Positions 1-12,385 of a stretch of 64,000 bases of DNA are shown in pieces. A program made the position numbers and the translations under genes. Each line of letters starts with the position of its first letter. Position 1 is the stretch's first letter. A model generated the notes under the pieces. It ran no database searches. It was not told the origin of the DNA and saw nothing but the letters and a program-made list of their open reading frames with translations. The stretch is from contig MU058257.1 in the NCBI GenBank assembly GCA_013265495.1, forward strand, positions 982,020 through 1,046,019, written 5' to 3'. This stretch comes from Vicugna vicugna (Eukaryota).

Positions 1-442
1 TGGGGGGGCCGTGTTCACAAGCATGAGACTGTCAGGCTTCCCTAGACGATCCAGCCTGCATCCCGGCTAACTTCCCGGCCCCGGTACTGTCTATCCCGAT
101 GTATTCCTGTTCCATGTAGGTCCCAGGATGTCCCAACATATCCTGGATCTTGAATCTTCCCCAATTAATATCAAACAAGATTTTTCAATATGGTTCCTCA
201 AGTCAAATATGGTTGGTCCCTAGGCAAAATGCCAGTCGTTACCCCCGAACGTATGACTGCCATCTCGTGTTTATCCTTGCAGCAATTTGAGTGAGGCAGG
301 TAAGCTAGGTGTAGGTGAGACACAGTTCCAGGTAAGCAGACGGGTCCCGCGTGACCTACTCAGAGTCACACGGCCAACCAGTGGTGGAGCTGGGAACTTA
401 GGTCTCTTGCCTTTTGTCCCCACATCTTCACTCAGCTTCTTG

Positions 443-598
443 TCACAGTGCCAGGCTTCTCTCATTGTTTGTCAAGGTCGATTTTAATCTCGAGATTGTT
501 CCCCTGGGAGAGCACGACACACTGATCTCCATGCTCCACCGGCTAAAGAATACTTTGAGCTTGAGTCCAATTTCACAAAATGGAACTGGTTCTTTAGG
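443..598 (-). CDS. Last exon of the open 3' frame (PKEPVPFCEIGLKLKVFF...SLAL*)
   Basis: Acceptor ttctgaaaaccttcacttgcag|CCT; phase 0 matches the preceding exon; 51 codons plus TGA at 445-443. Confidence 0.55.
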   Translation of the reverse strand, partial: PKEPVPFCEIGLKLKVFFSRWSMEISVSCSPRGTISRLKSTLTNNERSLAL

Positions 599-982
599 CT
601 GCAAGTGAAGGTTTTCAGAAAACGCAGGAGGTAATTCCACCCCCAGCAGAACCCACGCTGCTCCTCGTTCTCGGTTCCTGACAACTCGCTCCCCACACAC
701 TGGGGTCCTGCGGGCTGTGCGCACCGCCCGGGCTGCATGGATCTCTCCAGGGCATCCTTAGAGAGGTGACGCAGGCCCGTGGGGCTGATCCGGGTGGCAC
801 GTGAGTGTGGTCATGAGAAGGGGGCAGTTGTCTGACGGTTGATGGGTAGAGGTCTGGATGTGGTGGAAACTAGGAATTTTTTAACTCCATTTCCATTCCA
901 AGTCCCCAGATAAATGTGATTTACTTACCTTTTTATCCCCCTTGGTTAACCTTTATCTTACTTTACCCAGTGCGGTTTAGGT

Positions 983-1147
983 CAGGTGTCAGTAAACGTT
1001 TTTCCTAAAAGAATTGTTAGTAAATATTTTAGCCTTTGAAGGTCCTGTTTGTGTAAATGATGGGTGTGGCCATGGTCCAGTAAAACTTTATTTACAAAAA
1101 CAAGCGCTGGGCCAAATTTGGCTTGGGGACATAGTTGCCAACCTGTG
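983..1147 (+). mobile_element. MER58A-like hAT DNA transposon (MITE), internally deleted
   Basis: Motifs agtaaatattttagcctttg and taaaactttatttacaaaaaca; degenerate TIRs; 8-bp TSD gtttaggt/gtttagac. Confidence 0.8.
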
Positions 1148-1380
1148 GTTTAGACTGATGTTGTCAGTGCATTTTTTAAACTTAAAAAAGTTACAATATT
1201 CATTACAAGCAGGGAGCATCCCCATAAACTCCTTCCACGCCCACTCAAAGCCATAAGGGTCTCACTAGAAATGAAAGATCACTGAGGCTCAGGAAGAAAA
1301 CCTTGCTGAATGCAGGAATAAACTCTCTATTTACTTCTCTGCATCCAAAATCATCTTACTGCTGGAGGAAGAGGGCATAC

Positions 1381-1491
1381 CTCCATTAAAGATGTGATTA
1401 ACGGAGATCCTTTGCCTTCTACACGAACTGTGGCACCTTTCACAGGACAAGTTAGGTGGTTTTTCATTCTCGGACAAAGGTCTTTGCTTAT
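1381..1491 (-). CDS. Internal exon, 111 nt, phase 0-0 (ISKDLCPRMKNHLTCPVKGATVRVEGKGSPLITSLME)
   Basis: Acceptor tttgttgagttgtttag|ATA, donor GAG|gtatgc; open frame. Confidence 0.6.
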
Positions 1492-2319
1492 CTAAACAAC
1501 TCAACAAATAAAGACAGCTGTGACAAAGAAACACGTCCAATCAATACATTTTAATGAATTTTTCCAAATAAAACTATGAGCTGCAATTCCTTCTATGTTA
1601 TAAATATGTTCAATCATAAATAAAATATGAATAAATCTGAATACTATAGGAATATATACGTAAATATATAAGGACTTATATTCCTGTAACATTCAGGTTT
1701 ATCCACGTTTTACTTGATTTAGCATATTTATGATATAGAAGGAATTGCAGCTAATATTTACAAAATTAACTAAAAGTATGTATAATATGTATAATGATGG
1801 AACAATGCAAATTTATCTATTAGGACATGTGTATCTCTCCATATCCCTCCTTAGCTCTTTGTGGAGAAGCTGCGCACAGGACAAAACGCAGTCCGTTAGG
1901 GTTTGATGGTCTGAGCAGTCTTCTGCATCTTTGTCTCCATGGCTCCGACCCTGCCCGGGACACTGCCTCCCTGAAGTGAGAGACCTTCTTAATGGGATCC
2001 TGGTGCCTGGGGAAATGGTGTCAGGCATGAAGAAAACATGCTTTCTACAGGAAAGCAATCACTTCCTGCGCTTTGTGATAATGGTTGACTTGTGCGGGGC
2101 TTCGGTTTCTCAGGGCAGTTCAGCCTCAGCACAGTTGGGTCCGGTGGCCCTCTGGTCACCACACAAGGTCCCAGTGGTCAGGTCTTCATGTGGATTGTGC
2201 AGAAAGAGCACGTTGTAAGCACCCTGCTCATGTGCAATGCGCTTCCCTGCGCCAGACTTTAGTGAGGGCATTGAGGCCAGAGGCATCAAGACAGGAGGTC
2301 TGTAACATACAAGGTTTAC

Positions 2320-2489
2320 GTGGCCGAAGGTGACAAATCCCGGAAGAACAGCTCTAATCAGCCAGTGCGGCTTCTTTGAGCTCATCATCACGGAGGAAAT
2401 GAAAACGGAATCTGGCAGAGGAAGTTCTCCAGCCCCCACTGTGGGGATGGGCCAGTAAAGCATCTTCACCATCAACCAACTTACTAAAT
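2320..2489 (-). CDS. Internal exon, 170 nt, phase 1-0 (LVSWLMVKMLYWPIPTVG...FVTFGH)
   Basis: Acceptor cagactcatctacag|AT, donor CAC|gtaaac; only this frame is open across the exon. Confidence 0.6.
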
Positions 2490-5400
2490 CTGTAGATGAG
2501 TCTGAAGGCAAGCTCTTCCCAAGACCAGATTCAATCTAAGCCCCAGTTCCATGCATCTAATTAACTCTCCCTGTGAGAATCTGAAGTTCCAGAATGGACT
2601 GAGTGCACTTGGCATTCCTGCCGGTCTATGGAGAGCACACTTGAAGCTCGGAGGTGCCCCTCCCTGGTCTCACTCAGTCATTTAAGTGAGTTCTTCAAGT
2701 AAGTGCACATCCTGAAGCATGAGGAAGAGGGCCAGCCTCTCCAATTCCTTTAGAGGTTTTTCAGCCGTCTTCATTGAAATAAATGTACTGGAAACAGCAG
2801 AAGTGGAAAATGGCACAAAGACGAGAATGTTTGCATAAAGAAGCCATTAGGAAGGTGTGCCAATGGAACGGCTATGTGCTGTTGCATGACAAAGGCACGC
2901 TTGCGTTTAGTTAGTTTAAAGATTCCGTTTATCTGGTGGTTTTTTTGCATTAAAGAGCATGATACTGAATGAGTCTCCATTCCTGAGATGCCAGCAGTTC
3001 TTGAAAAAGCATTCACAGAATGATTAAAAGCATAATAAAAGAGTAAATCCCAGTGTAATATCTATCCAGCCTGAATTTTTGGCTTAATACATCCAAATCC
3101 ATCCCATCCCACAATTTGCACAATCACGGCTTAATAAAGGACATATTTTAAAACGTAGGCTGTTAGGAAACAGTGAGAGAAGCCAGAAACAGAACCACAA
3201 AACTCCCCCAAATGCCTCCAAGATGGAGACCCCACAGACTCGGAACTGGATGGAGCGCGCCAGGTGTTGCCTGTTAAGCCCCTCTCAAGGGCGAGCTGAG
3301 AGGTCTGGGATGAGCAGGGGAGGTCCTGCATGAGGGTGAGTGAAGTTCAGGAAGGCTAAATGCAGATACCCAAGACGAACTCGGCGAAGGCAGCCTCGTG
3401 AGTAACTCGGACTAAAAGGAGAAATACTTTACAGTCTATCAAATTAGCTGCAGGCAGGCGGCCCCTTAACCGGTTTGCCCCCAACGCTTGCTCCTTCGGT
3501 CTCATCTAAGATGCACGCCTGAGGGATGCTGACAAGCCCGAGGCACGCAGAGTCTCTCCCCTGGTCAGGACCTTCCGGCTCCCTTCCCACGGGGAACACC
3601 CCTCCATCAGCTGCTGCCCACGGGCTGTTCAGATCATCAAGCTTGCACCCACCCCCGACCCCCAGCTGCTCTGCTCACACCAGCCTCCCAGCCAGGCCTC
3701 GAAACCATGGGCGGTGCCCACCTCCGGGCCCTGGTACCAGCCCTTCCACTGCCTGGGATGTGTTTCCTCGCGTCTTCATGAGGCTTCATTTCATCCTGTT
3801 CTGGGCCCTTTCCTCTCTAAATTAGACAGATGGACCCCACCCCAAAGAGCCCACCAGACCTTACCCTGTCTTACTTTCTTTGTAGATGTGTGGCTGCACC
3901 GCAGCACACTGTGCATATATGTATTTATTTTCGTCCGTCTTCCCACAGGATCTGAGTGCCTTGAGGACAGGAAGCTCTTCTTGTTGTTGTTCCGGACTGT
4001 TATCTCAAGTGCCCAGAATCATTCCTAACACACAGTGAATAAGCACCATGAGGTGGATTTAAAGGGAACAACCGGGATCATCCAGGCTGTTCCCCCATGT
4101 CCTCATTCCAGGACATTGGGGAGAGACGTGGGGACCATCGGGATGGGAAGCATCTGACCACATTACCAGACACCACTGAGAAGTTTAAATCCTTTGACTC
4201 CCTTTACCACTTTTAGAAATTTACTGTAGGGAAATAATCAGAGATCCAGACAAAAGTTTATATGTGATGATATTAACTACAGTGTTATTTACAACCGTGA
4301 AACATGGAAAAGATTGGGATAAACAGTAATACTAGGCACAAAACAGAAGGGCTCCCCTGGCTGAGTGGTTATTAAGTGAAAAGTGCCTTAAATGTCCTGG
4401 AAACATTTGTATCCCGTCTGCAGATGAGGACACAGAGGTTACTTGCCCCAAAGCATCATTTGTGGGCTTTGGGAAGAACTGGGACTCAAAGTTCTTGCTG
4501 CTCAGCCTGAGCTAAGAAATAATAAACCAGGATCTCGGGGGCCCCTTGGGCTCTGAACATTCCCAGCCCCCCAGGGCTGTACACAGGGAACCTAACCCCT
4601 CCATGTCTGCCGAAGCTCGTTGTGTGCAGCCCGGGGACTCTGCCAGCATATATCACTGACCTTCAGAGGATCAACATTCAGCAACAAACTCTTTCCTCTC
4701 CCCGCCCCCTCTTCTTCCTCCTGTGGCCAGGGCCCACGGTTTCCTCTGAATCCCCGGACTGCTCTCCGTGGAGTCTCTCTCATTTCCTGTCCGGGGAGCC
4801 TTGGCATCCGATCGGTGGGCCAGGAGCAGGCCCAGGAGCCAGCAGCCCCGGGGTCTGTTCCTGCTCATTGTCCTCGAGGAGCCCTCGGGAGGAGCCAAGC
4901 CCCGGGTGGGGGCCCCTGGCTCGCCCCCAGACCCGTAGGTGGGCCGGTTTCTGCCCCGATCTGCACCACACCCCGCCCCTTTCCTCGCCAGCAGACCCCA
5001 GCCCCAGAGGCTGGCGGCTCTGGTGACGCCCCTTCCTCAGCCACAGACGGTCGAGATTCACTTTCCCAAATGGCTCTGCCTCTCCTTCCTGGGCTCGTTT
5101 TAAGACCGTGTCCCCGTTCCATGTTTTCTCCTGCTATATGGGAAATTGTTTTCATTTAAAGCCGAGGCTGCTCAGCTAATGAATCAAATTTCTGCCAGCC
5201 CCAGGCACAGAGACGCTCTCTGTTGCATTTCAGTGTCTGTGAGTGTGTGTGTGTGTGCGTGCATGTGGGTGTGTAAAAGGGAAAATTCCTTTCACATGGC
5301 CTCTTGTCCCCAGAAATCTGAAAGTGTCTTTGTCTTGGCAATTGTCCCAGCAACACCACCCTCTGCCCTTTTATTTGGCCTCTTCTTAGGGTATTTTGAG

Positions 5401-5861
5401 AAAAGCCCAAGGGTTCTTGCAGTGCTGAGTTCACAACAGCTTGATCCAGTTAGGGAAACTCAGACTTACCCAACAGAAGATTCACTGGAGCCGAATTGTG
5501 GCTGTTTCTCTTGGACTTTGGACCCCTTTCCTTGCTCCTTTCAGTCCCTCCCCTCCCACTGTCCCCAGACCCCTTATTACAAGCAAACTTCCCAGACCAT
5601 TTTCTCCTTTACCTGTCTTGAGTGTCAACTCCTTGAAGCTTTTCTGGGGAAGATAAAGAAGTAATGTGATCAGTTAATTAAACTGGCATCCAGAGTTGTT
5701 GGGCAGTGACAGCTTTGGACAATCTCCCACGCACTGAACATTTGACCCGAGTGTGAACAAAGTCTTCAGCTAAAGGAGTAGTTAAGATGGGAATCTCAAC
5801 CCAACAGAGTGGGCACATATCTTTACTCACCCTACTTCTCAGTCTGGTCTGTTTGGGGCTT

Positions 5862-6095
5862 CTTTTTTTTATTGAAGTATAGTTGACTTACAATGTTGTG
5901 TTGGTTTCAGGTGTACAGCATAGTGATTCAGTTATATATATTTATACACACACACACACACACACACACATTATTCTTCAGATTCTTTTCGTTATAGGTC
6001 ATTGCAAGATATTGAATAGAGTTCCCTGAACCATACAGTCGGTCTTTGTCGTTTGTCGCTTTTATGTGCAGGAGTGTGTATCTGTTAACTGGGCC
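5862..6095 (-). mobile_element. L1 3' UTR fragment with (CA)n microsatellite (5946-5970)
   Basis: Poly-T then attgaagtatagttgacttacaatgttgtg; same family as the copies at 9965, 13480, 20117, 41575 and 48195. Confidence 0.8.
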
Positions 6096-7959
6096 TCTTT
6101 CTTGAGACTCCCGACCACTGGGCAGTGCCTCCCCGTGAAGGTGGCTCTGACCTTGCACCTGTGCAGGGCGTGTTCTTGGAAGCAAAACCCTGCAGCTACT
6201 CAGGGCTGCTCTGCTCACCACAGATCTCTCCCCAGGAATTCGAATGTTCCACGAAGGGATCAGATGAAAATGTGAATATGGATAGTGAGGATCAAACGTG
6301 GAAGTCCTCCTTATTCTTTGACTTAGCATTGAGGTTTTCCTTTCTCTCTGTTTTTCTCAAAGCAGGACAAAGCAGCAAGGGAGGGACTGTCATGAGGCCA
6401 GAGGACAGGGCTTCTTTCTAATATTGTTTTTATTGATGAACAGCCATCTAACTCCATTTCCTGGCTCTCTCCCCGGCTGCAGTGCACTCAATTATATTTT
6501 CAGATTGTGTGCTACAGAGATCATTCTGCCTTATTCTTTTAGAAATTGGGTGGCATTTCAAACAAAGGGGAATGTGTTTTTAAGGAGGAAAGGGAGGGGG
6601 TGGAAAACCGCTCTGTCTTTCTGGCTGCAGACAGATGACTACTTGGTGCGCCTGCGAAATCTGCTAGGCTGCTCTTTTTGTCCCTGTGCTCAATCCTTCA
6701 GCTCCAAAGGATGCCCTGACTCTCTGCTGGAAGGCCCTGCTCTGAGGATTGCCCCCACCCTCCCCTCAGTTACTGGAGAGACAGAGGCTGCAGGTGCATC
6801 CGTGTGCTGGGCAGACCAGGCCCCCATGGTGCTTCTGCACCCAAACAGCCAGTCAACTTGAACTGATAAAGGAGTCGAGCCAATCTGCCAAGTGTCAATA
6901 AGGCAAGAAGGCTGGTTGATTCACGTGATCGCCGTGTAGTGGAACGGATCAGTAAGCCAGGAGAACTAGGTTTAGTGTCTAGCCCTGCCACTTGCTAACC
7001 GTAGGTAGGAATCATATTGTTAGCATCCCAGAAAGTCTTAGTCTGCCAGTCAGTGGAACAGGGTTAGGGACAACCTTCCCCATTGGAGCTGCCAGGAGGA
7101 TGGGGCCAAATGTCGTCAGTGAAACACTAATCTTAATTGTGAGTGTTAAGGATACATAACCAGTTGACCTGTGTAATAGGAAGTACTTTTCAGTCTTAAG
7201 AGAATGTCCCCCATGCCCATCCCACCAATGGGAAGTCATGCTGTCGGCCCCCAGGCCTGAAGGGGAGGAGGTGGCACATGAAACTGGGTGACTTGGAGAG
7301 TCACATGGCCCTTTCTAACTCTACAGGAAACCACGCATTTCCTGCACGGTTTCCTCGATGCTCAAGAATCATGGCGGGTCCACCCTGCGGCAAAGATGTG
7401 GTCTGTGTCTTGGTGATGCAGCAGCTCTATAAAGAACAAACTCTTCTGCACACGCACAGCCTCCATACGGAGGGCACCATCAGGCCACCCCTCCTCTGGT
7501 GGAGAGAGAGGAGCCATGTGGTTTGTGGGAACGTGGGGTGTGATTCACCTGCTGGTGCAGCCGCTTCCGGCGAAAGAGCATTTGCTGTGACAGCTCCTAG
7601 CGAAGCCCGTCTCGACTAAACGTCGTCGCAGGCCTGTGCGCCGGCCCCACCCGAGGGATTAGCTCCGTGCGCCGGCTGAGCGGCCCCGTCCGGGACTAGT
7701 TCCAAAGATACACCTTGGGGATTCCTCATGGCGGTTTCCTAAATTTTAAAATAAAGCCCCGGCTTTCTGTAGTTGAGTCCTTTTCTGGTTACTGAATGCT
7801 CCTTTGGAACCAAAGGTATTGATATATTCTACCCTGCAGGGAAATCAATAAAAACTTTAATCACAAAATTAAATAAAAACCAAAGCTACTGACATTACAC
7901 GGTAATACTCACTGAAGCGCCCACCAGAAGTCGGATAGTTCTCCTGCGGCTGGACTTAC

Positions 7960-8043
7960 TGTTTGCAAGAAAATCGATATCATCTTTGGAGGAATTTGGG
8001 ATGCATCTTGTCACCATGGAAAGCAAGTTCCTGGTAGACTTTA
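7960..8043 (-). CDS. Internal exon, 84 nt, phase 1-1 (KSTRNLLSMVTRCIPNSSKDDIDFLAN)
   Basis: Strong acceptor cccctttggttcctttttag|TA and consensus donor ACA|gtaagt; only one open frame. Confidence 0.7.
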
Positions 8044-8748
8044 CTAAAAAGGAACCAAAGGGGAATCAGAATGTGTTTGCCCGCCTGGAAACTGACTATT
8101 CCTGGAAGGCGGGAATAGCCCCAAATGACACCGTCTCCAGCCGGGTCTCAAAGCACGTCTACACCCAGGGCTCTGGGCCTCCCTGGGCAAACACACCCCG
8201 CTTCTGTGGCTGATGGGTCACAGGCCTTTCCTGGAACGAGGAAAAGCTGGGGCAAGTGTGTGTGTTAAAATGTCCCCAGGAATGGCGGACGTGCTTCAGA
8301 GAACATACAGCAATGGCACCCATTTGTCATGTGACCTTAGTGATGTTAGGTAGGAGAAGTCCTATTTCACGTTTGGAAAAAGAAATAAAAAGCTTTTGCA
8401 AGTCACAGGATCACAGAATAGGGTGGCACCTGAAGAGGCATTGAGCGCATTTCAGTCCCAGCTCTCTCTGATGCAGGGAGCCGCCACCGTCATCCCTGGG
8501 GGATGCAGTTCCTCCTGGCTGTCACAGTTCCATTCTCATCCTTCGGTGGCGATGCAGCTCCAGCACGTGTCCGTACACAACCTTTTATCTTCATGAGCCC
8601 CACGCTTCCCAGGCCTAATGAATTATTAGGCTGCAAGCCTGTTCTTCTCCCCCTGACACTGTCTGTGTGGTAAGCCGCAGAGCGTAAAGTGAAACCCTTG
8701 GCAGCCCAAATCATCGAGAGCTTCCCAGACAGGGATGTGGTAACACAC

Positions 8749-8872
8749 TTTCAGTGAACTTTCGGAGCAGCCTGAATGGCTGCAAAGGTTTATTGGAGTC
8801 TAACTCAATATGCTCTAGTCCCCTGTGCTTTTGTGTTAGATCTTCAAAACGCCTTTTTTTCAGGACTTGAGA
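8749..8872 (-). CDS. Internal exon, 124 nt, phase 0-1 (SQVLKKRRFEDLTQKH...LLRKFTE)
   Basis: Acceptor tttttattctgagcgagcag|TCT, donor AAA|gtgtgt; phase fits both neighbouring exons. Confidence 0.55.
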
Positions 8873-9303
8873 CTGCTCGCTCAGAATAAAAAGTGGAACC
8901 AGGGAATGGAGCCCTGTTAATACATGGCAGGAGCTAGCTGGATGGGTAGGGGATGTTCTGAACATCAGGAAATGAAAACCCAAAGATTTTGCAAGGATGA
9001 GGCCAATAAGAAACCCAGCCAAGATCAGTGCTCATGGGCTGGGAGTCACTGACATTGAATCTGCAGGGCGGGGCTTAGCATCCAGACACTGGGCATCAGA
9101 GCCATTTCCCAAAGCAAGAGACAACATCCACCATTCTCAGGAAGCAGGAGGGCCCTTCAAAGGAGATGACCATGAACCAATAAGATGCTCAAGGACTGGT
9201 ATAGGAGACCCTTCTGTTATAGGGGTTGCTCTCAGGAAGCCTGCTCCAGGGGCTGAGGGGGGAGGCAAGTAGACAGAGGATGTGGGACACTCCATGCCAG
9301 TAA

Positions 9304-9820
9304 CGTTCCCAGGTCCAAATGCATTCTGCTTATTGCACGACAGGCCAATAAATCGGGAGAGGAGGTGTTGGGGCAAGGAATAAAGGCTTTATTTGGAGAG
9401 CCAGCAGACTGAGAAGATGGGGGACTAATGTTCTGGAGAACCATCTTCCCCAAGTCAGAATTCAGGCTCCTTTTATACTAAAAGGGGAGGGGTGTGGTTG
9501 GTTGTTGCAAACTTCTTGGTGTTGGGATCCTTTGTTCTTGCAGCTGCCCAGTAGGGCAGGACATGGTGTCCCTGCAAACTTCCAACAAGATAAATGTTAT
9601 TTTCTATTCTGCAACTTTTTATCTTTATATGAATGGAAAAGTGTTCTCCCCTTCAAGGTCAGAGCCTTGAGAATGGGCTCTCCTGTCTATTTCAGGCTCT
9701 AGGCAACATCCTTTTACAAAAGGTGCAGAACCAGCAGGACTGAGCTCAGGAAACAGAGCCCAGGGTTAGAGCCAAAGGCACAGGTCTAATATGGGGTCAG
9801 GTTTGTGCTCCCCTGTGACA
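9304..9820 (-). mobile_element. Solo LTR, ERV1-like, copy 1
   Basis: Begins TG; TATA (agtataaaagg) and AATAAA on the minus strand; homologous to 49827-50332 and 57290-57797; near-TSD gtaa/gtga. Confidence 0.85.
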
Positions 9821-9964
9821 GTGAGAACAAAGAAGTCAAGGGTCAGCCAGACGCGTGCTGCCTTCCACGTCAGCGTCCTTGCTCATCAGCATTTCAATTC
9901 AAACTTTTTTTCCCTTTTTAAGCAACTTCCCTGATTACACAACTGAGAGCCCCTTCAGGATAAT

Positions 9965-10235
9965 TTTGTTTTCTTTTTCTTAAATTGAAGTATAGTTTAT
10001 TTACAATGTTGTGTTAATTTCTGGTGTACAGCATAGTGATTCATTTCTACATACATATATTCTTTTTCATATTCTTTTCCATTATAAGTTATTACAAGAT
10101 ATTGAATATAGTTCCCTGTGCTGTCCAGTAGAGCCTTGTTGTTTATCTATTTTATATATAATAGTGTGCGCCTGCAGATCCCAAGCTCCCAGTTTATCCC
10201 TCTGTACCCCTTTCTCCCCAGTGACCATACATTTG
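9965..10235 (-). mobile_element. L1 3' UTR fragment
   Basis: aattgaagtatagtttatttacaatgttgtg...atattgaatatagttccctgtgct. Confidence 0.8.
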
Positions 10236-10463
10236 CTACCCTTCAGGGCCTCTTCAGGATCATTTTCTGAAGGCCGTCTGTTCTGGAAAGCTCTCCTCAC
10301 ATGCACAGCCCACGTCGTCATCTTTTGTGACCAGGACTCCCCCACCCAGCCACCCTCTGCCCCTGCTCCAATCCAGGCTCCCCAGCCGACCTGCGTTTCT
10401 GACGCTAAATGCAAGCAAACAGCAAAACCACTCATATTTCCATCACTGAGTGTCAAAAATTAC

Positions 10464-10738
10464 ATCGTAAAGGTTACACCATGTGAAATGGCCGATATCG
10501 ATCATTTTGGACATAAAGAAGTCCATTTCATACGGTTCAAATGAGTAATTATCTGTCTCTGTGTCTATAGCCTCAGCCAGACCATGGGGAAGGACTTGTT
10601 TGGTTTTCTGCTTGTATAATCCGACTTTAATATGTCCTGGTGCGTCACTGGTCCCAGTCACTGGCTGACGGGTGAAGGATTGGGTTGAAAGCTGGGGCTT
10701 TGGAACCTGGGCCATCTCCTCGGGGAGGACTGCAGGGC
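10464..10738 (-). CDS. Exon, 275 nt, containing the first usable ATG (10715) of the open 3' frame; resembles the N-terminal half of a PLAT domain
   Basis: Acceptor ttctttactgttggattccag|GC, donor GAT|gtaatt. VTGTSDAPGHIKVGLY...FEPYEMDFFMSKMIDIG resembles PLAT TG...V.I.LYG...FE.G..D.F....DLG. Confidence 0.65.
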
Positions 10739-11121
10739 CTGGAATCCAACAGTAAAGAAGTTATGTGATCTGGAAACCACCCCTCCATCTGACAGAACTA
10801 TAAACAGTACGCTTTTCTCTGGATAATCTATTTCCTCAATAAAAACATGACCACATTGACAGATAAACACACTATTTTATGCCCTAGTCCAGTGATTTTT
10901 CTCTCAGGTTAGCATGTTCTCCGACACCTCCCAGGATGGGAGCCAGGCCTGGGTCTTGTTCATTTGTCTGGTACCTACATGTGGGCGGCTGACAACAAAG
11001 ACCGATGGTTTTGGCAGAAGACACTGGCTTTAAACATTTCTGTTCAGCATCACTGAGGGTCAGTCTGGGTCCTGGTTAGAGGCGAACACCCTTCTTTAAG
11101 TGCGGACCACATTGAACTCAC

Positions 11122-11366
11122 AACCGTGCTGTTTCTCTTGCCAAACTTGATTCGAGAAGCTGTGGCTAATTTGATATTTGTGATCAGGCTGCCTGAACCC
11201 CCAACTTGCAAACTTTTTGAGAAATCCGGCAGAAATGTCTTTAAGTCAAGATGTTTTCTTCATGAATTATGTTTGGACTTTGCCCCAGAATCAGATGAAG
11301 ACATTCTTCTAACTCAACATAGGATAATTTCTATGCAAAATTTTCTTGTGGGCAAAGTGACATAAC
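11122..11366 (-). pseudogene. Disrupted exon, 245 nt, of the multi-PLAT gene
   Basis: Acceptor tcttcatttctag|GTT, donor GTT|gtgagt; TAG at 11333-11331; a frame switch near 11246 is needed to join the next exon. Confidence 0.6.
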
Positions 11367-12385
11367 CTAGAAATGAAGACCAGTAACTTCTTAGGGAAAA
11401 GATGGAGGGCAAGGAAGAACATTCTGCTAGGAAAGATTTAAAGATGACTTTGGCTACAAACGATGCTTATTTCAAAATGCATATATTGGCTTGAACATCT
11501 CTTCAGTGTGGGTGAAATTAGTGCATTTGTCTTTTGTTCAGGTTGTCACCTAGTTTTTTTTTCCTTTTTGGTGGATGTTGTGGGGATGGGTTGAAAAAGT
11601 CAGTAACTTTGCAAAATTATTAAGGTTCTTGATCTTAATGTTGAATTTCATTCCTAAAGGTGATAGGACAGTTGTTTTAATGACTGGGCTTCTTTAAGAT
11701 CTACTCAAAATTTAAGAGACCCTGTCCACAGGGAGGGCTGGGGACAGCAGGTGACATGTGGGGAGGGGGCGCTGCTGAGCTGAGGGGCCACCCCTGTTTC
11801 AGACTGAATTTCAGCACTCACACAGCATTAGCTCATGAGCCCAAAGACAGAAGTCGTTTGGGAGACAAAGCTGCACAGGTTTGTAAAGGCATATTTTACA
11901 CCAACTGCTGGATCCGCACTTGACCTTCTGATTTCAACACCTTTCCATTAGGAATCAAATCAGATTAGCAGTTTATCAGTGCCAAGCACGGTGGGTGGGT
12001 TAAGTGATAAAGGATTAAGCCGACTTTAAAGTTTTGAGCAGACACTGAAAAGCACAGCTCCCCTTGGGGATAGTGGCATTTTGTTTCCCGCTGGCCCCCT
12101 GGGTTTGCCTGGTTTAGGGGATCAGCAGTAACAGGTGTTGAGATCCGCTGTAACGTGTGGCTTAAGTCTAACGTGTTATATTTATGCCTGGATTTAGGCA
12201 ACGTTGTACAACACCAAACTCCTGGTTTCCCAGGCTCTGTCCCCCAGGGGATCATCCAGTCCCTGCCCCGCCCTGCTTCCGGACTGAATTCCAAGCTCGG
12301 CCGGCTTTGTTTCCCCAGGTGGTCGGTCCTCCTGTTCCCCTGTCCATCTGGCAGGTGCTTCTGCTGCTGAGACTGGCATCATGCT

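Noticed and set aside
33..224. Protein-like frames at the left edge as a further exon
   Set aside because: Stops in all frames; the gtccc/ggga-rich composition and tagggaccaaccata end look more like an old hAT MITE; not resolved
4592..5664. Long overlapping ORFs (up to 179 aa)
   Set aside because: GC-rich sequence open on both strands, low-complexity Pro/Gly/Ser translations and no supporting splice pattern
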